Notes: generated from the sequence alone by a model not told the origin. A DNA stretch of 64,000 nucleotides from Syncephalis fuscata S228 (GCA_025786725.1 JAHLTZ010000003.1:186001-250000), one strand, 5' to 3'. Counted from the first letter of the stretch, positions 48,942 to 62,269 are shown. Translations and numbers: made by a program.

Positions 48942-51435
48942 GCTGGTTGAACAAAATGATAGAGTATCAAAGTTAAATACAGCCTGTGCTTTAACTTCAA
49001 ATACCCAAAATGTATGCGAATAAAGGATTTAGCGGGGGGATAAAGTTGAACGATTGAAGCACAGCATCAAAATACAAGTATAATAATAATCGATGTAAAG
49101 CAGAGTGGATTTAATGTATTTTAGATCATTGATAAGGCCGCTCAAGCGGATGCTGAGTGGAATTCAAATGTGTAACAAATTTGAGAATGGATTGAAAGCG
49201 TGGGCTTGTGTATATGCTGAAAGCGTGGACAAAAAGGCAAATAAGCGGAAAACTCAAGTTTTGGAGGGGAGGCATACCAACAAAGGTAGGTGTTAAATTT
49301 ATAACAACTTGTTATTCTGCGGAAATACTCAAGGTAGTAGTACTGGCTCTTGTGAGACGAGCCTGTATAAACCGGAATCAAACCAGCAAAAGAACAGTCG
49401 AGTCCAATGGCCTTTCATGTTTGGTGCAACTAACAAGGAGGTGAGGGAGAAACAATGCTGCAAATTGAAATTGGATATCATACACGTGCTTGGATGCAAG
49501 TTGCTAACATGTTTCACTGTGATCACGTTTACCGAGCAATTACTACTATTTGCTATACTGTTAACCAATTCACCATATGTCAAACTAGGCGTTCATGTAA
49601 AAACAGATGGGCCAGGTATTTGTCTTTGCTTGTGTAATGGTGTATTTGATCAAATGGGTGGCAGAATATGCAAAGCGTATGAATAAATGGAGCGTAAACT
49701 ATAAGCGATTATGGCGTGACTAAATAGTAATGCCATTTATGGTGCAAACCGTGTGTGAGGGGATAGGTCTCATGACAGTTATTAATGTTTGAATTTTTTA
49801 TATTAATAGGTGTATCATGAGTAAATCCAATAGTTTTTAGCGGTGCAATTACCGAATGTCTATGATACAGCTTGGCCACGATGGTCGTGGTTTGAGCTGA
49901 AACATGTCCACTGGCAATACGGCAATAACTAAATTGAAATAGTATTAGCTGTAACTATTTTTTCTATTTTATAGTGCTTACAATCTACCAGATGCGCTGT
50001 TATTTAGCTGCCCTATACTTTAATTATAGTAAGTAGAAATAGATTGATTGTATTTATTGTAATAATGATCAATAGGCCTAATAATTTGTTTCATAATAGC
50101 CTAACAAGAGTTCTAGAATTTCTATATTGTCAAGATATTGTTTGGTTTATTATTAGTAATAGGCCGAAAATAGAAACATGTCAAACATTAAAGGATTGGC
50201 AGTTGCATTAACAAAACAATAGCCTGTAGTTTATTGTATAGAGAAGTGTGTAACACGGCGTAAGTAGTTTTGTTTCACTTGTGACAGTGTCCCATTGGGT
50301 ACATCAACAGTTATTTCCGCGTTTATCTTTCTCTGCGTGATCTTAACACATGTTTCACAATGCTTTATTGTAGTTATTTCTGCAATGGTAGAAAAAAGTA
50401 GGATAGCTACTAAGATAATGGTTGTAATTGCAATAAGCACACAATAATGACAATTATAGGCACAGTAAACACGTAGACTAAACATATAAATAATGAGCAA
50501 AGCGCTGCCAAACATACAAACTACATACGCAATAATATGGCAGCAATAATTAAGCGCTTTTATGCAGTACAGCTGATATTACATAGAAAATAGTATAATA
50601 CAATCAGCATGATAGCAATTGTGCTAAAAAGTTTTAGCAGTTAAAGTATTTTTATAATCATGAAAGTTTAATTAAACTGTTATTAAAATATAAATTCTAT
50701 TGTGTTGACATCTGTGGATAGAATAGTGACTATTGCTTAAAATATTATATACATTCAACAGCTTAAATAGAGTTTATTATATGTAATATTTACGCTTATC
50801 ATGTAACTGGACAGCAGTCGATAGTAGCTATAGTGTATACATAATGTATATTTATTTTAATATAATTGTCAAGTTGTTAATAGAAAAGTATACTTTTACT
50901 TTATATATATTAATAATTGATTAAGATTCTGAGTATGGTATTTTGTAACAAACAATGGTTTAGATAACAAGAAATGAATATGTCACGCATAGCATTAATC
51001 TGTGCAAAATATTTACCGATAGCAACCCTCTGTTTATAAACCTTTGACATTTAGCATCTATAATATGCGTATTGTTATTGACGCGTGCTGATATACACAA
51101 TATATAGCAATTATAATAACTTTTAGCCATTAAACAACTATTTCAATCTAATAACTAGTATTATCAGTATATCTTTATAGTATATACCAAACGTCTAGAT
51201 TATTTATTGCGCATTTGCCAATACCTGCTTTATGTTTTGTGCATTTTTCAATTATCAAATTATTTGCTTCATGATGTATTTTATACTGTTTTGTACAAAG
51301 AAATTTATGCGCTTAAAAATAATTTATTAATAATAGATTACATCAATATTTCAATTTTTTAAAAAAATAATTGCTACTACCAATGTAGTAAATAGCATTG
51401 GATAAACTGTTGACGTTAATAGATCAAGTATTAAC

Positions 51436-53358
51436 CTAATTATATTTAGTAGTCGTGTTATAATATGTGCTATTCTCGAGTGTTGTTTGTGCATCTGGAT
51501 CGATATTTGATGACATGATCGCGCCAGTATGAAATGTATATCCATTATTTGTGCTTTGTACCGAGGTTGCAGCATTATCTTTGTTGTCTACTTTAATTAT
51601 CGCTCTATCTTTACGCTGATTGTTCGACTTTGGACGTAGATTAATAACAAAAAGAAGCGCACCAATACGCAAAACATACGATAGCTTACTAAGAACCACA
51701 CTAGCAACTTCGGCCTCAACTCCATAATCCCAACTGTTTCCAATCTCCAGCATATTTGAAGTAAATAACGCCAGGTATCCCAATAAAAATATTGCACATA
51801 TCTGTGTCACCTATCATGCCAATAATAAATATCGCCAAGTTTTCTATTGCTTTTTATTATTGCAGCTCTTTTAACACTTACTAATAACAATGCATGCTTC
51901 GCATTACTGTTTGCTAATAGATTGTCTTGTTTTAGCCAAAATGTTATGCCTAAACACGGGTGGTTTAACATTATAGTATTTAGAAATAATGTTATAGTAT
52001 TACCGTAATAAGTAACTGCAACGATGATGATAAGTTGAGTCGATATTATAGAATAATCAGCAACTGTTTGTAATGTGGCTTGTGTCGAAGATACTGGAAC
52101 CAACTCACAACTAACGTGTGCCACATGATAAATAATTGTTAGCACAAATGCAATAAAAATACTATATCGAAGTAGCAGTAAATAGCGATTATTTTGCACA
52201 CTGGTTGCAATTGAATGCCTATTCATCATCAGCATTATTAGCAAGTTTAGTAAAATTAGTGACAATTGTTTGTTTCGGTATATAACATACCATAACAATA
52301 ATAATGTGTAAAAACCAACGGATATAAAAATTCCTTGAAAAATAATTATGCATTTATAAGCCAAACTGGTCAGTCTAAGTGTTAAACTTGATGCACATAC
52401 TAATGTATAAACCGTTTGGTTAATGTTCTATTGCTGCTAATAGTAGAAATACTGTCTTACGTATTGAAGCACACAGCGCAGAAACATATATCACAGTGTG
52501 ATGCCTGGTAATAGCTTTTTTGCTTTGATTAAACGGTACAAAATTACAAAACTGTATAGCATAATGCTTATCAATACCACCAGTGTGCAGTATATAAATG
52601 CTCGATAGCCGTCTGATAGGAAAACATTATTCCAAGGTCCTGGTTCTATAAATATGCCAGTTTACATACATATTAGCTAGTGCGCGAGACACAATGTCCA
52701 GTATCAAAGTAAACTACTTACCTTCATCGACTGTTACAAGGGTTGTTGTACTTGGTTGCTTGCTTGCATCTACAACAACCTGATAATTGTCATACGGTAA
52801 TAGTGCAATGTTGACTGGTGAAGCGCCTTCGTAAAAACTGAATCCATGTGTCTTATAAAGCAAGGTGAGATATGCACCAAAACCAGGGCCAGGCTTTTCA
52901 TGAGATATGTATAGCGCTGTTTCGATTGAAAAGCCACTTGTATCATTTAAATACTGGCTAAGTTTAGAGACTGCAATTCCCGTCTAATTGTAATAATAAT
53001 CAAAACGCGATACTGCGATATTGATGCCGATAACTTACCTGGGTAATTGTTGTACATCCGCACTCTTTTGCTTTCTTTTCATCAATAGCAATAATTACAC
53101 TTGTGATATTATCAGATTTTACACTACTAAGCGCAGATCGAGCCGTATTAAGAATGGATGGCAGTATTTCGCATGTTGCACTCTCAATAAATAAAGCATC
53201 GACTAAGATGCCACGAGTTGTATAAGGCGCAACCTCGATTTCAAACAGATCTTGTGTGTGATATTGAAATGTTTGATTGCCCACACGAAATGTGCCATAC
53301 CAAAAACAGACACGACAAAGCACAGCAATAGTACAAGTGTTCCTATATTAAAGAACAT
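51436..53358 (-). CDS. Signal peptide + extracellular (PA-like) domain + multi-TM protein; disrupted reading frame
   Basis: MFFNIGTLVLLLCFVVSVFG signal, ectodomain with AKECGCTTITQ and PGPGFGAY, then EPGPWNNVFLSDGY followed by hydrophobic segments. Several frameshifts, so it may be a pseudogene. Confidence 0.6.
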
Positions 53359-54429
53359 TATGTATAAATATGCAGTACAAAAGAATTAGAAGGGAATATT
53401 AGAGCAATTGGACAGAAAGGTTATTTAGGCTATGTATAAGTCTGGCCATCGCCATGCTAAAATGGATGCAAGTACGACTTGTCCCTTGTAAATGTAGAAA
53501 ACTGGTTTTGATGCCCATAAACGGTGCACATGCTGCTGTTAGTGTGATATAAAGGGAAACAGGTGCATTAAATGCAATGAAGTAGCAAGTGGCGATAGTC
53601 AGCTATACTGTATAAACATGTATTTTATAAATAGTAATAAAATTGGATAGATAGCAATGTTTGGTTTGAATATTAACTGGAAAGTCATTGCTTTACACGT
53701 GTGGAATGCCTGGATTGTCACAAAGCTAAAATGATTGGTGGAACAACTTTTCAGTTTCATTCCCTGCAGTTGTACTTCTAACTAGCATTGAACTCTACAA
53801 GTTTATATTTTATTGCTGGCTACCCACACGATCATCATATGTAATGTGTTATTTTGATGCAATTGTTGCAATGTCTCAGTATCTCGTCGTCTTTCTTTAA
53901 TAATCCGTCGGGACAAACCAGGCAGTATCAATAAATATTTGAAATAGCTAAGCAGCAGCATTAATAGTAATGTTGAGCAAAATATATTAGCAGACAGATA
54001 ATATATTTTATTGTATATAATAGCAATAAAAACACTATAAATAGTTTAAATTGAATAAGTGTTTATACAAAAGCTTATTAATATAGTTAGTCGATTGAAC
54101 AAATCACTAGATTAGTTTACTGTGATTTGTGTAGTTTTCAATAAAAGATTTGGTGTTGTGTTGTGACAACTTTAATAAAAAGATATTGTGAGCGGATGGG
54201 CAAGTATTAAAAAAATGAAGGAAAATAGTGCCAGTTTAGTCAAATAAAAAAGGTATTTATTATTATCTACTGTGTTAAGTACTTATAATGACTATGGAGT
54301 TCGGATAAGAATTATAAGCTATGAAGATTAGTTAACCTATAAAAATTTAGTTACAATAATTTAACAAAGTATTTAACCAATAAAATTTAAACTTCGCCAA
54401 ATTATGTGATTAGCATAGCTGCGATAATA

Positions 54430-56031
54430 TTACATTTGTTGGTGGTTCGATTCAGCCAAAGGAGATCGAGGTGGTGGCGTATTGCTTGCACACCATGGTC
54501 CAATCAATATATCCCACGCACGTACATGGGCAATAGGATCAGATAAAGGCCACCATCGACCAAGTTCTGGTCCTTCTTCAGTTGTTGTTAGCTTCTCGAG
54601 CTTAGCTAGAATATTTTCATCAGATTGGTCACTATTACTATAGTCTATCTTGGACGAATCTTTGCGGCTTGTCATAGTTCCTTGATTGGAGATTAACCAT
54701 CGCACTGGATGGTGTTGAAATTCAAACTTATTTGGAGGCAGTAGTGGCACGGGATCGCCTTCATTTGTTACGCGAACAACTGTGAATTGATTGGCAACGA
54801 GTGCCACATTAACAAGCCGAACAAAGGCTTTATTGCCAACTCGTGGTTCACCAAACGTGTAAATTTGTAATCGAACACGAGATAACCAAGAAGGCTTTCG
54901 TACCATAAGGTGTATAGCAATAAGAATTGATAGTGCCGCACCTAGACTATGGCCAGTAATGGTTAAAGTTTCAATGGTTGGATTGGCCATTAATACGTCG
55001 AGCTCCTCAAGGATTTCATCTGATACGGATAACATAGATTTATAGAAGCCACTGTGAATACGCGGCTTTTCTTCTTCAGTAAATAAACTTGCAGATATGC
55101 CTAGTTGTTGGGTTAAAATGTTGTTAAAGTAACGCTTAAACTCTTGCGGTATTTCTTGATCGGCATGAGCAAAATAGAGATCATATGCAAAACCACGCAG
55201 GTTTAATGTCCCTCTAAAAGCCACAATTACTTCAGTAGGTGATGCTGGCAACAATGGCTTATAATCAAGCATATCAGAATCAGATGATCTTGTAGTTGGC
55301 GTCGAGAAAGGGGCCGTTGTGGCAATGTAGCCTCGTGTACCGGTCGCTACCGAAGAGAATATTCGCGTTACGTTTGTTAGACATGGAAAGTTATTGCAAT
55401 GCGGTGGACACGACCAATGCGATAGCGTACTATCTTTCAAACAGTAGGCAGCCGATGAATATCGAGCATACTTTCGTGCTATTTCAATCTCTTCACTGGG
55501 CACGCGTGACCAACCAAGTGGTGGTTCATTGATCTTTTTCTGACGGTCATCGTCGGGCTGAGATGTCCAGGGCCAGCGCCATCCAGCTGCAACCAATTCG
55601 ATGTCCATTGGTGCCACAATTACCAAATCGGCCTCGCTTGTCGTTGCTAGCGTGATATCGTCTGCTGATGCTTCCGATGCTTCCGATGTGTATTCATTGT
55701 GACTGTACTGTGTACGATTCCATAAACTTGACACAGGATGAAATAGCCAGGAGAGCCAAGTATTTTCGTGCTTTGTAATAGGCGTCGATACCTCTGGTGG
55801 TGTCTGGAAAGTAGCCATTTGTAATGAAGCCATACCATTGGCATAGGTGATCATTTCGGGCGTTTGCGCATCAACCGGCAAACCATCCTGAATACGCTGT
55901 TCCAGCCAGGTCTCCGTTGCCTGTGTTATTGCCATGTTCGTGTTAGTCGTTTCTTTTTCAAATTCGTCAGCTACAGTAGTAATGGATGGTGGTGGTGATG
56001 ATGATGGAGATAATGATAGTGGGCCGGTCAT
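54430..56031 (-). CDS. Class 3 lipase (alpha/beta hydrolase)
   Basis: YSSAAYC, IVAFRGT, IHSGFY, ITGHSLGAA, YTFGEPRVGN and RVTNEGDPVPLLPP. Confidence 0.93.
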   Translation of the reverse strand: MTGPLSLSPSSSPPPSITTVADEFEKETTNTNMAITQATETWLEQRIQDGLPVDAQTPEMITYANGMASLQMATFQTPPEVSTPITKHENTWLSWLFHPVSSLWNRTQYSHNEYTSEASEASADDITLATTSEADLVIVAPMDIELVAAGWRWPWTSQPDDDRQKKINEPPLGWSRVPSEEIEIARKYARYSSAAYCLKDSTLSHWSCPPHCNNFPCLTNVTRIFSSVATGTRGYIATTAPFSTPTTRSSDSDMLDYKPLLPASPTEVIVAFRGTLNLRGFAYDLYFAHADQEIPQEFKRYFNNILTQQLGISASLFTEEEKPRIHSGFYKSMLSVSDEILEELDVLMANPTIETLTITGHSLGAALSILIAIHLMVRKPSWLSRVRLQIYTFGEPRVGNKAFVRLVNVALVANQFTVVRVTNEGDPVPLLPPNKFEFQHHPVRWLISNQGTMTSRKDSSKIDYSNSDQSDENILAKLEKLTTTEEGPELGRWWPLSDPIAHVRAWDILIGPWCASNTPPPRSPLAESNHQQM

Positions 56032-56479
56032 AGTCTGTCAGTAAATCGGTGAATAAGTCGATAGGTTGCGTGGATACAAATGGGTATATTCTGCGAAGAA
56101 GTAGAGAAAGGGAACAACTATCCTATTTAGGAGCTATAAATGAATATGTGACTGAGTGTGTGTTGGTCATTTTCATCCTCGTGATTGCCAGATGATTCAT
56201 TTCATGCAAGCTGCAAAATCTAAGCTGATTTGAACCAATGCCACTCAATGTGTCGTATGGCCATTGTCATGTCATTTTTTACATCAAAATATTTTTTATG
56301 TTCTGTTGTCATGAGTTGGACTAAAAGTCTAACTGGCCACTAGGTCTTAAAAGGTTACAATATTTTCATCTTCAGAGTACACGAATAGCACACATTTGAT
56401 ACAAATATGCACATGATCACCTATCTTTTAATAAAGCGTTGGTCTTTACGTTAATGTTATTTATTATTATTTTAATATA

Positions 56480-57400
56480 TTCACCATTTCACTTTGATTT
56501 GCTCTATGATATACCAACTTAAATAATTAACTTTTATTATTTACACTCCATTTATTAATAAATTAAATTCGGCTGTTTATAAATATTGACTGACAGGCTT
56601 CATAGATCACAATCTACGTCATCATATTTCCCTTTCTCTTTCTTTACACTTGACAGCATATATCCATTGCATATACTTGTACACTCTATATATAATATAT
56701 AGATAGTGTCAGTAGTTGACTGACTACTAGTCAAGTACAAACACATTTACATTATGTATTTGCATTGCTATTTTGTAATCTGACCTTTTTTGCAAAATCA
56801 CTTCCTCTACTCCAATCATTGGTATTGGCAGCTTCTTTGACATGGTAAGTGTATTGCTAGTTTATTATATGCTATTTAAGTATGTGCTGTGGAAATCCTG
56901 TTTTATGTTTTGCTTTTGCTATGGATTGCCCTCGCAAGTTATTGGCAACAGCTTTGCAATCTCAACAATGGCAGCACGACCTGCTACTATCGAGACTGTA
57001 CAAGCTATTGTTCGTACAATATGCAGTGGCGATCTATAGCAAAGCAAAGCATACAGTAACTTTGGCAGTATATAGCCATATTCAGTGTGTATCGCTGCTG
57101 TATGCATACGCAGCAACAGCATAGAAAGTACCACTGGTATAGTCACTAAGCAAGTCTTTAGTGCCAATACAGCAGTACAATCTATCACTATTGCTATTGC
57201 TATATGTGTACGATTATGATGGATTTTACAGTGTATTCTTTTGTAATATAGCCTTTTAATGTATACTTGAGACGTGTTATTTTTGATTCATTAAGCAAGT
57301 ATTGCTATATTCTATTCAATAAAGTATGTTCAACAAATAAAGACGTGGTTCTACAAATTATTGCATGTTTCTAATGTATACTCTGAAAGCTTTTTATACA
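56480..57400 (+). repeat. Dispersed repeat family A, copy 4
   Basis: Colinear with the reverse complement of 22250-22745 over several hundred bp. 57265-57380 resembles the reverse complement of 61385-61495. Boundaries approximate. Confidence 0.88.
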
Positions 57401-58646
57401 CTCATTGTTGAGCAGACTATCATTTATTTAATTGTTTAATAATATTACTGACAGCTAGCACCAAAGCTATTGTTTCGCGTGATTATAATAGCTGGATAAT
57501 AAGCTTTTGCTTTTTACCTCAAACTAACTGTTTTCGCCAAACCGCCTTTCTTGTGGCTATTATGTCGTATAGATCAGAGGTATGGTATTAGTGTTACTGC
57601 TCGTATTCATTTTACTATACTTTAATTCAAATAATAAAGCTTTAAAAACATTTTGGCTTAACACTTAGCAAGGAATTGATAAACAATATCACATAATTGT
57701 CATGCTCATACACTGCATTCTATTACCACGATAATGCAATTTTATCATATATGTTACTGCTTTAATTGCAATTTATCCATTTGTTATACTGCATATCCGT
57801 ATACCATCTACTGATTACATGGCATTAATAAAAGCTGTTTGTTTATTGCCTATTATATCTATTGTATCTACCGACCATTTCGCTTTTATATATATTGCAG
57901 CTTCATTGTTGATATCCACATATTTCCATTTGATCATTTATAACGTTTTATGTTTCATTATCGTCTGTCATTGTCAAGTAGCTTACTTGTATATTAAGAC
58001 TGCTACTGGCTTACATGTCGTCTATTATTGATGTAAACTCAGAGTTGATTACATCTGACTGAGATGGCCTGATAGTACAGTTTAGCATTTTGCATTGCTT
58101 TATAATCAGACAATTGCTAATTTCATGCTCAAGTTTAATACTTTATTATCAAAACATTGTTATTCGCCATTTAATAGTTAGTACTGGCAGTTGGCCGTTA
58201 AAAATAGATTTTGTATTGATAGTTGATAGCACAGTACTAAAATGTGCTGTCCATTCCAATACTGATATACATGACGTCAAACTAGTATTTGTATAACCAA
58301 TCAGTATATCCTCATAGTTCTAGACAGTACGACTAGTCTATGCATAATGATAGATCCGCAATAAGCAATATCACAGCGTATCAATGTTACTGTTGCATTG
58401 ATGTTATGGACTGTTTGGAATGCATGTAGATATGAAATTGATTTTGCCAGTAAAAGTGACAATAGAAGCATAATGACGCATTGTCGCTGTTTTTTAAAGC
58501 CAATAGATCTAGTTTGCGACGTGTAGTTGAGCTGTGTAATGGTGCTGTATAGACTTGGATGTAGATTTCTACCACTATGTATCGGATTATTTATAATAAA
58601 CACAACCATCTTCCATTCTACTTGTTTCTTTAACATCAGTATTACT

Positions 58647-58740
58647 ATAAAGCTTTCTATTGCCATCGTCGGTGCCATTGTCGTGGCTCTTGTGGCCACT
58701 ATGACCGTGGTGGATGCTAAGCCAGTTTAGCTTGTCGTGG
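58647..58740 (+). pseudogene. Relic first exon of a secreted protein
   Basis: ATA-AAG-CTT... reads (M)KLSIAIVGAIVVALVATMTVVDAKPV*LVV followed by a gtatgt donor. A GC-richer signal-peptide island in AT-rich DNA, with ATA in place of ATG and an in-frame TAG. Confidence 0.55.
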
Positions 58741-60121
58741 TATGTTGCAATTACAATAAATATGTAAATTAGTATACTTATTAACACTATGTTTACCTAA
58801 TGCATCATTAGAACGTAAGTCGTAATTATGGATTATTATTCCAACACTTATTGACACTATTATACACATGATGGCCATTATAACACATAACAGCTGCTAG
58901 TAAGTGGAATTGTATATTATTTGATTACATACCAATTATATTTTATGTATTATGCATGTTTAATGACTTGTATTTAAGCAGGTAAATAACAATATGTATT
59001 GATTAAATATATGCTAATTATGCACTATGCGTATCCAATAATGATACTAATAGTTGGTAAGTGATATTTTGTATAAAGTAGATATAAACTAATTACATGC
59101 TATGCGCTGTGTGTGTTTAACAATCTAATATCAATGGTTGGCAAGTGACATTTTATATTAAATAGCTATACATTAATTAAATAATATGCGTTGTACGTGT
59201 TTATTATTTCTATCGATAGTTTGTAAGTGACATTGCATATTATTAATTTCTAAGCTAATTATACGACATATATATTTATCAATAGTTTAACTGGCGCATC
59301 CAAGGCATTAGTTTTGGTGATGTAGTTGGAGCTGCTAGATCAATGCATTCTAGGTATATCTTTGGCAAAAATCAAGACCATTTGACAATTGCTGTTTATT
59401 CCACTCACGTATCAAGTTCCAAACAATGCTTTTGGTTTATTCAATTATTAATCAGTAATGCCATCACATTAACAGCAAGTTTTTATTTAGTTGTGCTTAT
59501 CCAACTATGCAAAATTATGCTAATAAACATATGATTTTACTTTAATTGTATGTAATCAAGCTATTGTAGATATTGTCATGTTTAATTGTAATAAAAGCTT
59601 AGCAAATACCAATTAAACAAACATATTAATATGGCATTTCTACCAATAAACACAGCTCTTCAATCTGCATGATGCAAAAATTATCCTGGACTTTCATGTG
59701 GAGTTGTTTAAATGTGCTTTATCTTAAAACCGCCCAAAGCCCAAAAAATTAACAGTTGGTGGTCTAGAGACATCAAGTGCGCTTTTATATGTATTAAATG
59801 GTCGTCATCTGTATATATAGCTAATTAGCCAAAAAGACTACTGGATAAATCAGCACTATCTCATACATCAAACAAAACCAACAATTATGCCATAAATACA
59901 TTTTATTACAGAGTACTAATGGCTTATTGAATTTAATTATGCCGATGAGCTTTAACAAACCAAATTTGCAATAAAGGTGCAAAACTAGAACACTGAGCAA
60001 CCTGGCAAGTTAATATTTCGTTGTGTTTATGTGTCATTGTCGCCATGACTATTATTCTATCAAGCTGTTGAAAGTGTGATCCCCCAGTACTTTTCATTCT
60101 CTTACTTCACACTTGTACGCG

Positions 60122-60642
60122 ATGACCGACATTATCCCAGCTGGACGAAGGCAATTGCGAGCCTGCTTATTGTGCGGTCTAATAAAGGTAATTTACCTAG
60201 ATTCTCGTCAGAACCACTAGATTGTGTTCTATTGCTAATACAAGGCGTAGCAATTGCATCAGTTTCGTAATCATGGCTGTGAAAACTGCGAGGAACTGAT
60301 GCGGATGAGAGTTTCATTAGATCGCGTCAATGAATGCACAACAACCAATTTTGAAGGGTAAGCACGCGACAACATAGGCAATCTGATCTAATCCCACGAT
60401 GTTATAGAGCGATTGCAGTCATGAAGCCAAGTGATAGTTGGGCCACGCAATGGCTACGCTTAGGTGTGTATAGCTGTATTTTATTAAACGATGCTGACTG
60501 ACGACAACGCTATAATGTAGAGCGATTTAGACCGGGAGTCTATGCCATCCGCGTTACAGGTTTGCCGCCTGAGGATGTACTTGATGAGTTGGAGCGACGT
60601 AATATTACGTTTATTCCGCGTGACGGAACAATGCCTCAGTAG
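60122..60642 (+). CDS. SPT4: Transcription elongation factor Spt4 (4 exons; absent from the ORF track)
   Basis: MTDIIPAGRRQLRACLLCGLIK|QLHQFRNHGCENCEE...ECTTTNFEG|AIAVMKPSDSWATQWLRL|ERFRPGVYAIRVTGLPPEDVLDELERRNITFIPRDGTMPQ*. Confidence 0.95.
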
Positions 60643-61299
60643 TTGTTGCTGTTTAATTATTACAATGATCATCTTTATACGATAAATTTAAATACAGCTA
60701 ATTAATTGGCGATTGCATCTATTCTACTTGTATGCTTAAAAGTTATTGCTATAGAATTGTGATATATATTGAATATATTAAATTATAAGGCTGTAAATGA
60801 GGTCAGTTGCTTTATTGTTTAGTTATTGTTATTGTTAGAAAAAAAGTATAATGCATTATACATACGGTGAATTTAACAATACTGTTGGCCATTACACGTT
60901 GCTATATCCTAATATAGTCGTTATCAAGGACATAATCTTATGTGTGAACTAGTATTATTTAGCGTTATTCCTATCTATACTAAAAATGTGGCTGTAAGTT
61001 AAAACTCAAAGTAGTTTTTTTAATTTGTGCATCATATTTTTGTTAATATAAAATGAAATGCTCTGACCATGTGTTATAAGTTTCATAAATGATAGAATGT
61101 TCAGATTGCTGCTTTTGGTCACAAGGTAACATACGTTGCAACGATTGTTTGTATAGAAAAAAAACATGGCGTTGATTTCTTGGTGCATATTTTAAATATA
61201 GCAAAATATACACACAAACAACAATACTAGTATTTTGCTTTTAATTTATACTCAAATTGCTGTAAAAACAGTAGCTAAAACAGATAATTTAAAATAAAT

Positions 61300-61970
61300 A
61301 ATGAAAGCTTACTACTTGACAGTTCCAGTACACACAGCAACAATCTAGCGTTAGTTATCAGTGTTATTACCAAGTAATTGATAATAGAAATGCTTATAAT
61401 TGTCTGCATATCATCTTCGCTGTTTACAAAATATCTATCTAATCCAATAAAATATAACAATGCTTGCTTGATAAATAAAAAATAACGCGTTTCAAGTAAA
61501 ATGAATCTAAAGTAAGAGACGGGTATAGCCAAATCTTAATATTTTAACTGACATCTGTTCACAGACCAAATATTCTGTAGTTGTTAGTGAAAAGGATAAG
61601 GTAGCTACATCTACTTCAGTATGTTACAATCTACAGAACCAAACATGTTAGAAATAACACTGGTTGTTATGTTGAAAATCTTTGAAGCTTAAAAAGTACT
61701 GCTAAATGTAATTGCTCGGGTAGTAAGTGGAGCAAATAAAAAGGCAATTACTAGACTTTTAGTAGTATATATGGAGTTTAATAGTGTATGCAATGGATAT
61801 ATGATATCGAGTGTAAAGAAAGAGAAAGGGAGGTGTGATGACGTAGATTGTAAAATGTGGAGCCTGCCAGTCAATATTTATAAATATATAAGTTGAAGTA
61901 TTTAACAAGTAGAGTGTAATATTAAAAGCTAATCTATTTAACGTGTTGGTAATTATAGACATAGTAGAAT
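61300..61970 (-). repeat. Dispersed repeat family A, copy 5
   Basis: gtgtaaagaaagagaaaggg...tgacgtagattgt...agcctgccagtcaatatttataaa is the reverse complement of the family A head. Confidence 0.8.
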
Positions 61971-62269
61971 TAAATTGATTGTTCTAATAAGGAGGATAAA
62001 CACTACTTTACATAAAAGTCATCAGTATATAGCATGTCTATTAATAAAATAACAAATGTGGCACTTTTGTATTATTTCGCCATAGCTATTCTTTTAAATG
62101 TCGCTCACCATATGGCATGGCTTTTACAGGCCAGCGTATGCTGCAATAGCTGTGACGTTTAAAGAAAGCATCGTACGCGTTATTTACTGTGTGATTTCAT
62201 TGGTCAATGAAAACCAAAAAATACATTCTTTATTTTTTCTTAAATCTCTAACGTCCAATAACACTTACT

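Noticed and set aside
49100-50520. Cluster of short ORFs on both strands
   Set aside because: No recognisable motifs, splice pattern or coding-like composition.
59631-59830. Possible second Fanzor relic (SSSIC, WWSRDI)
   Set aside because: Motifs are in inconsistent frames and lack the DE and paired CxxC pattern; not distinguishable from chance.
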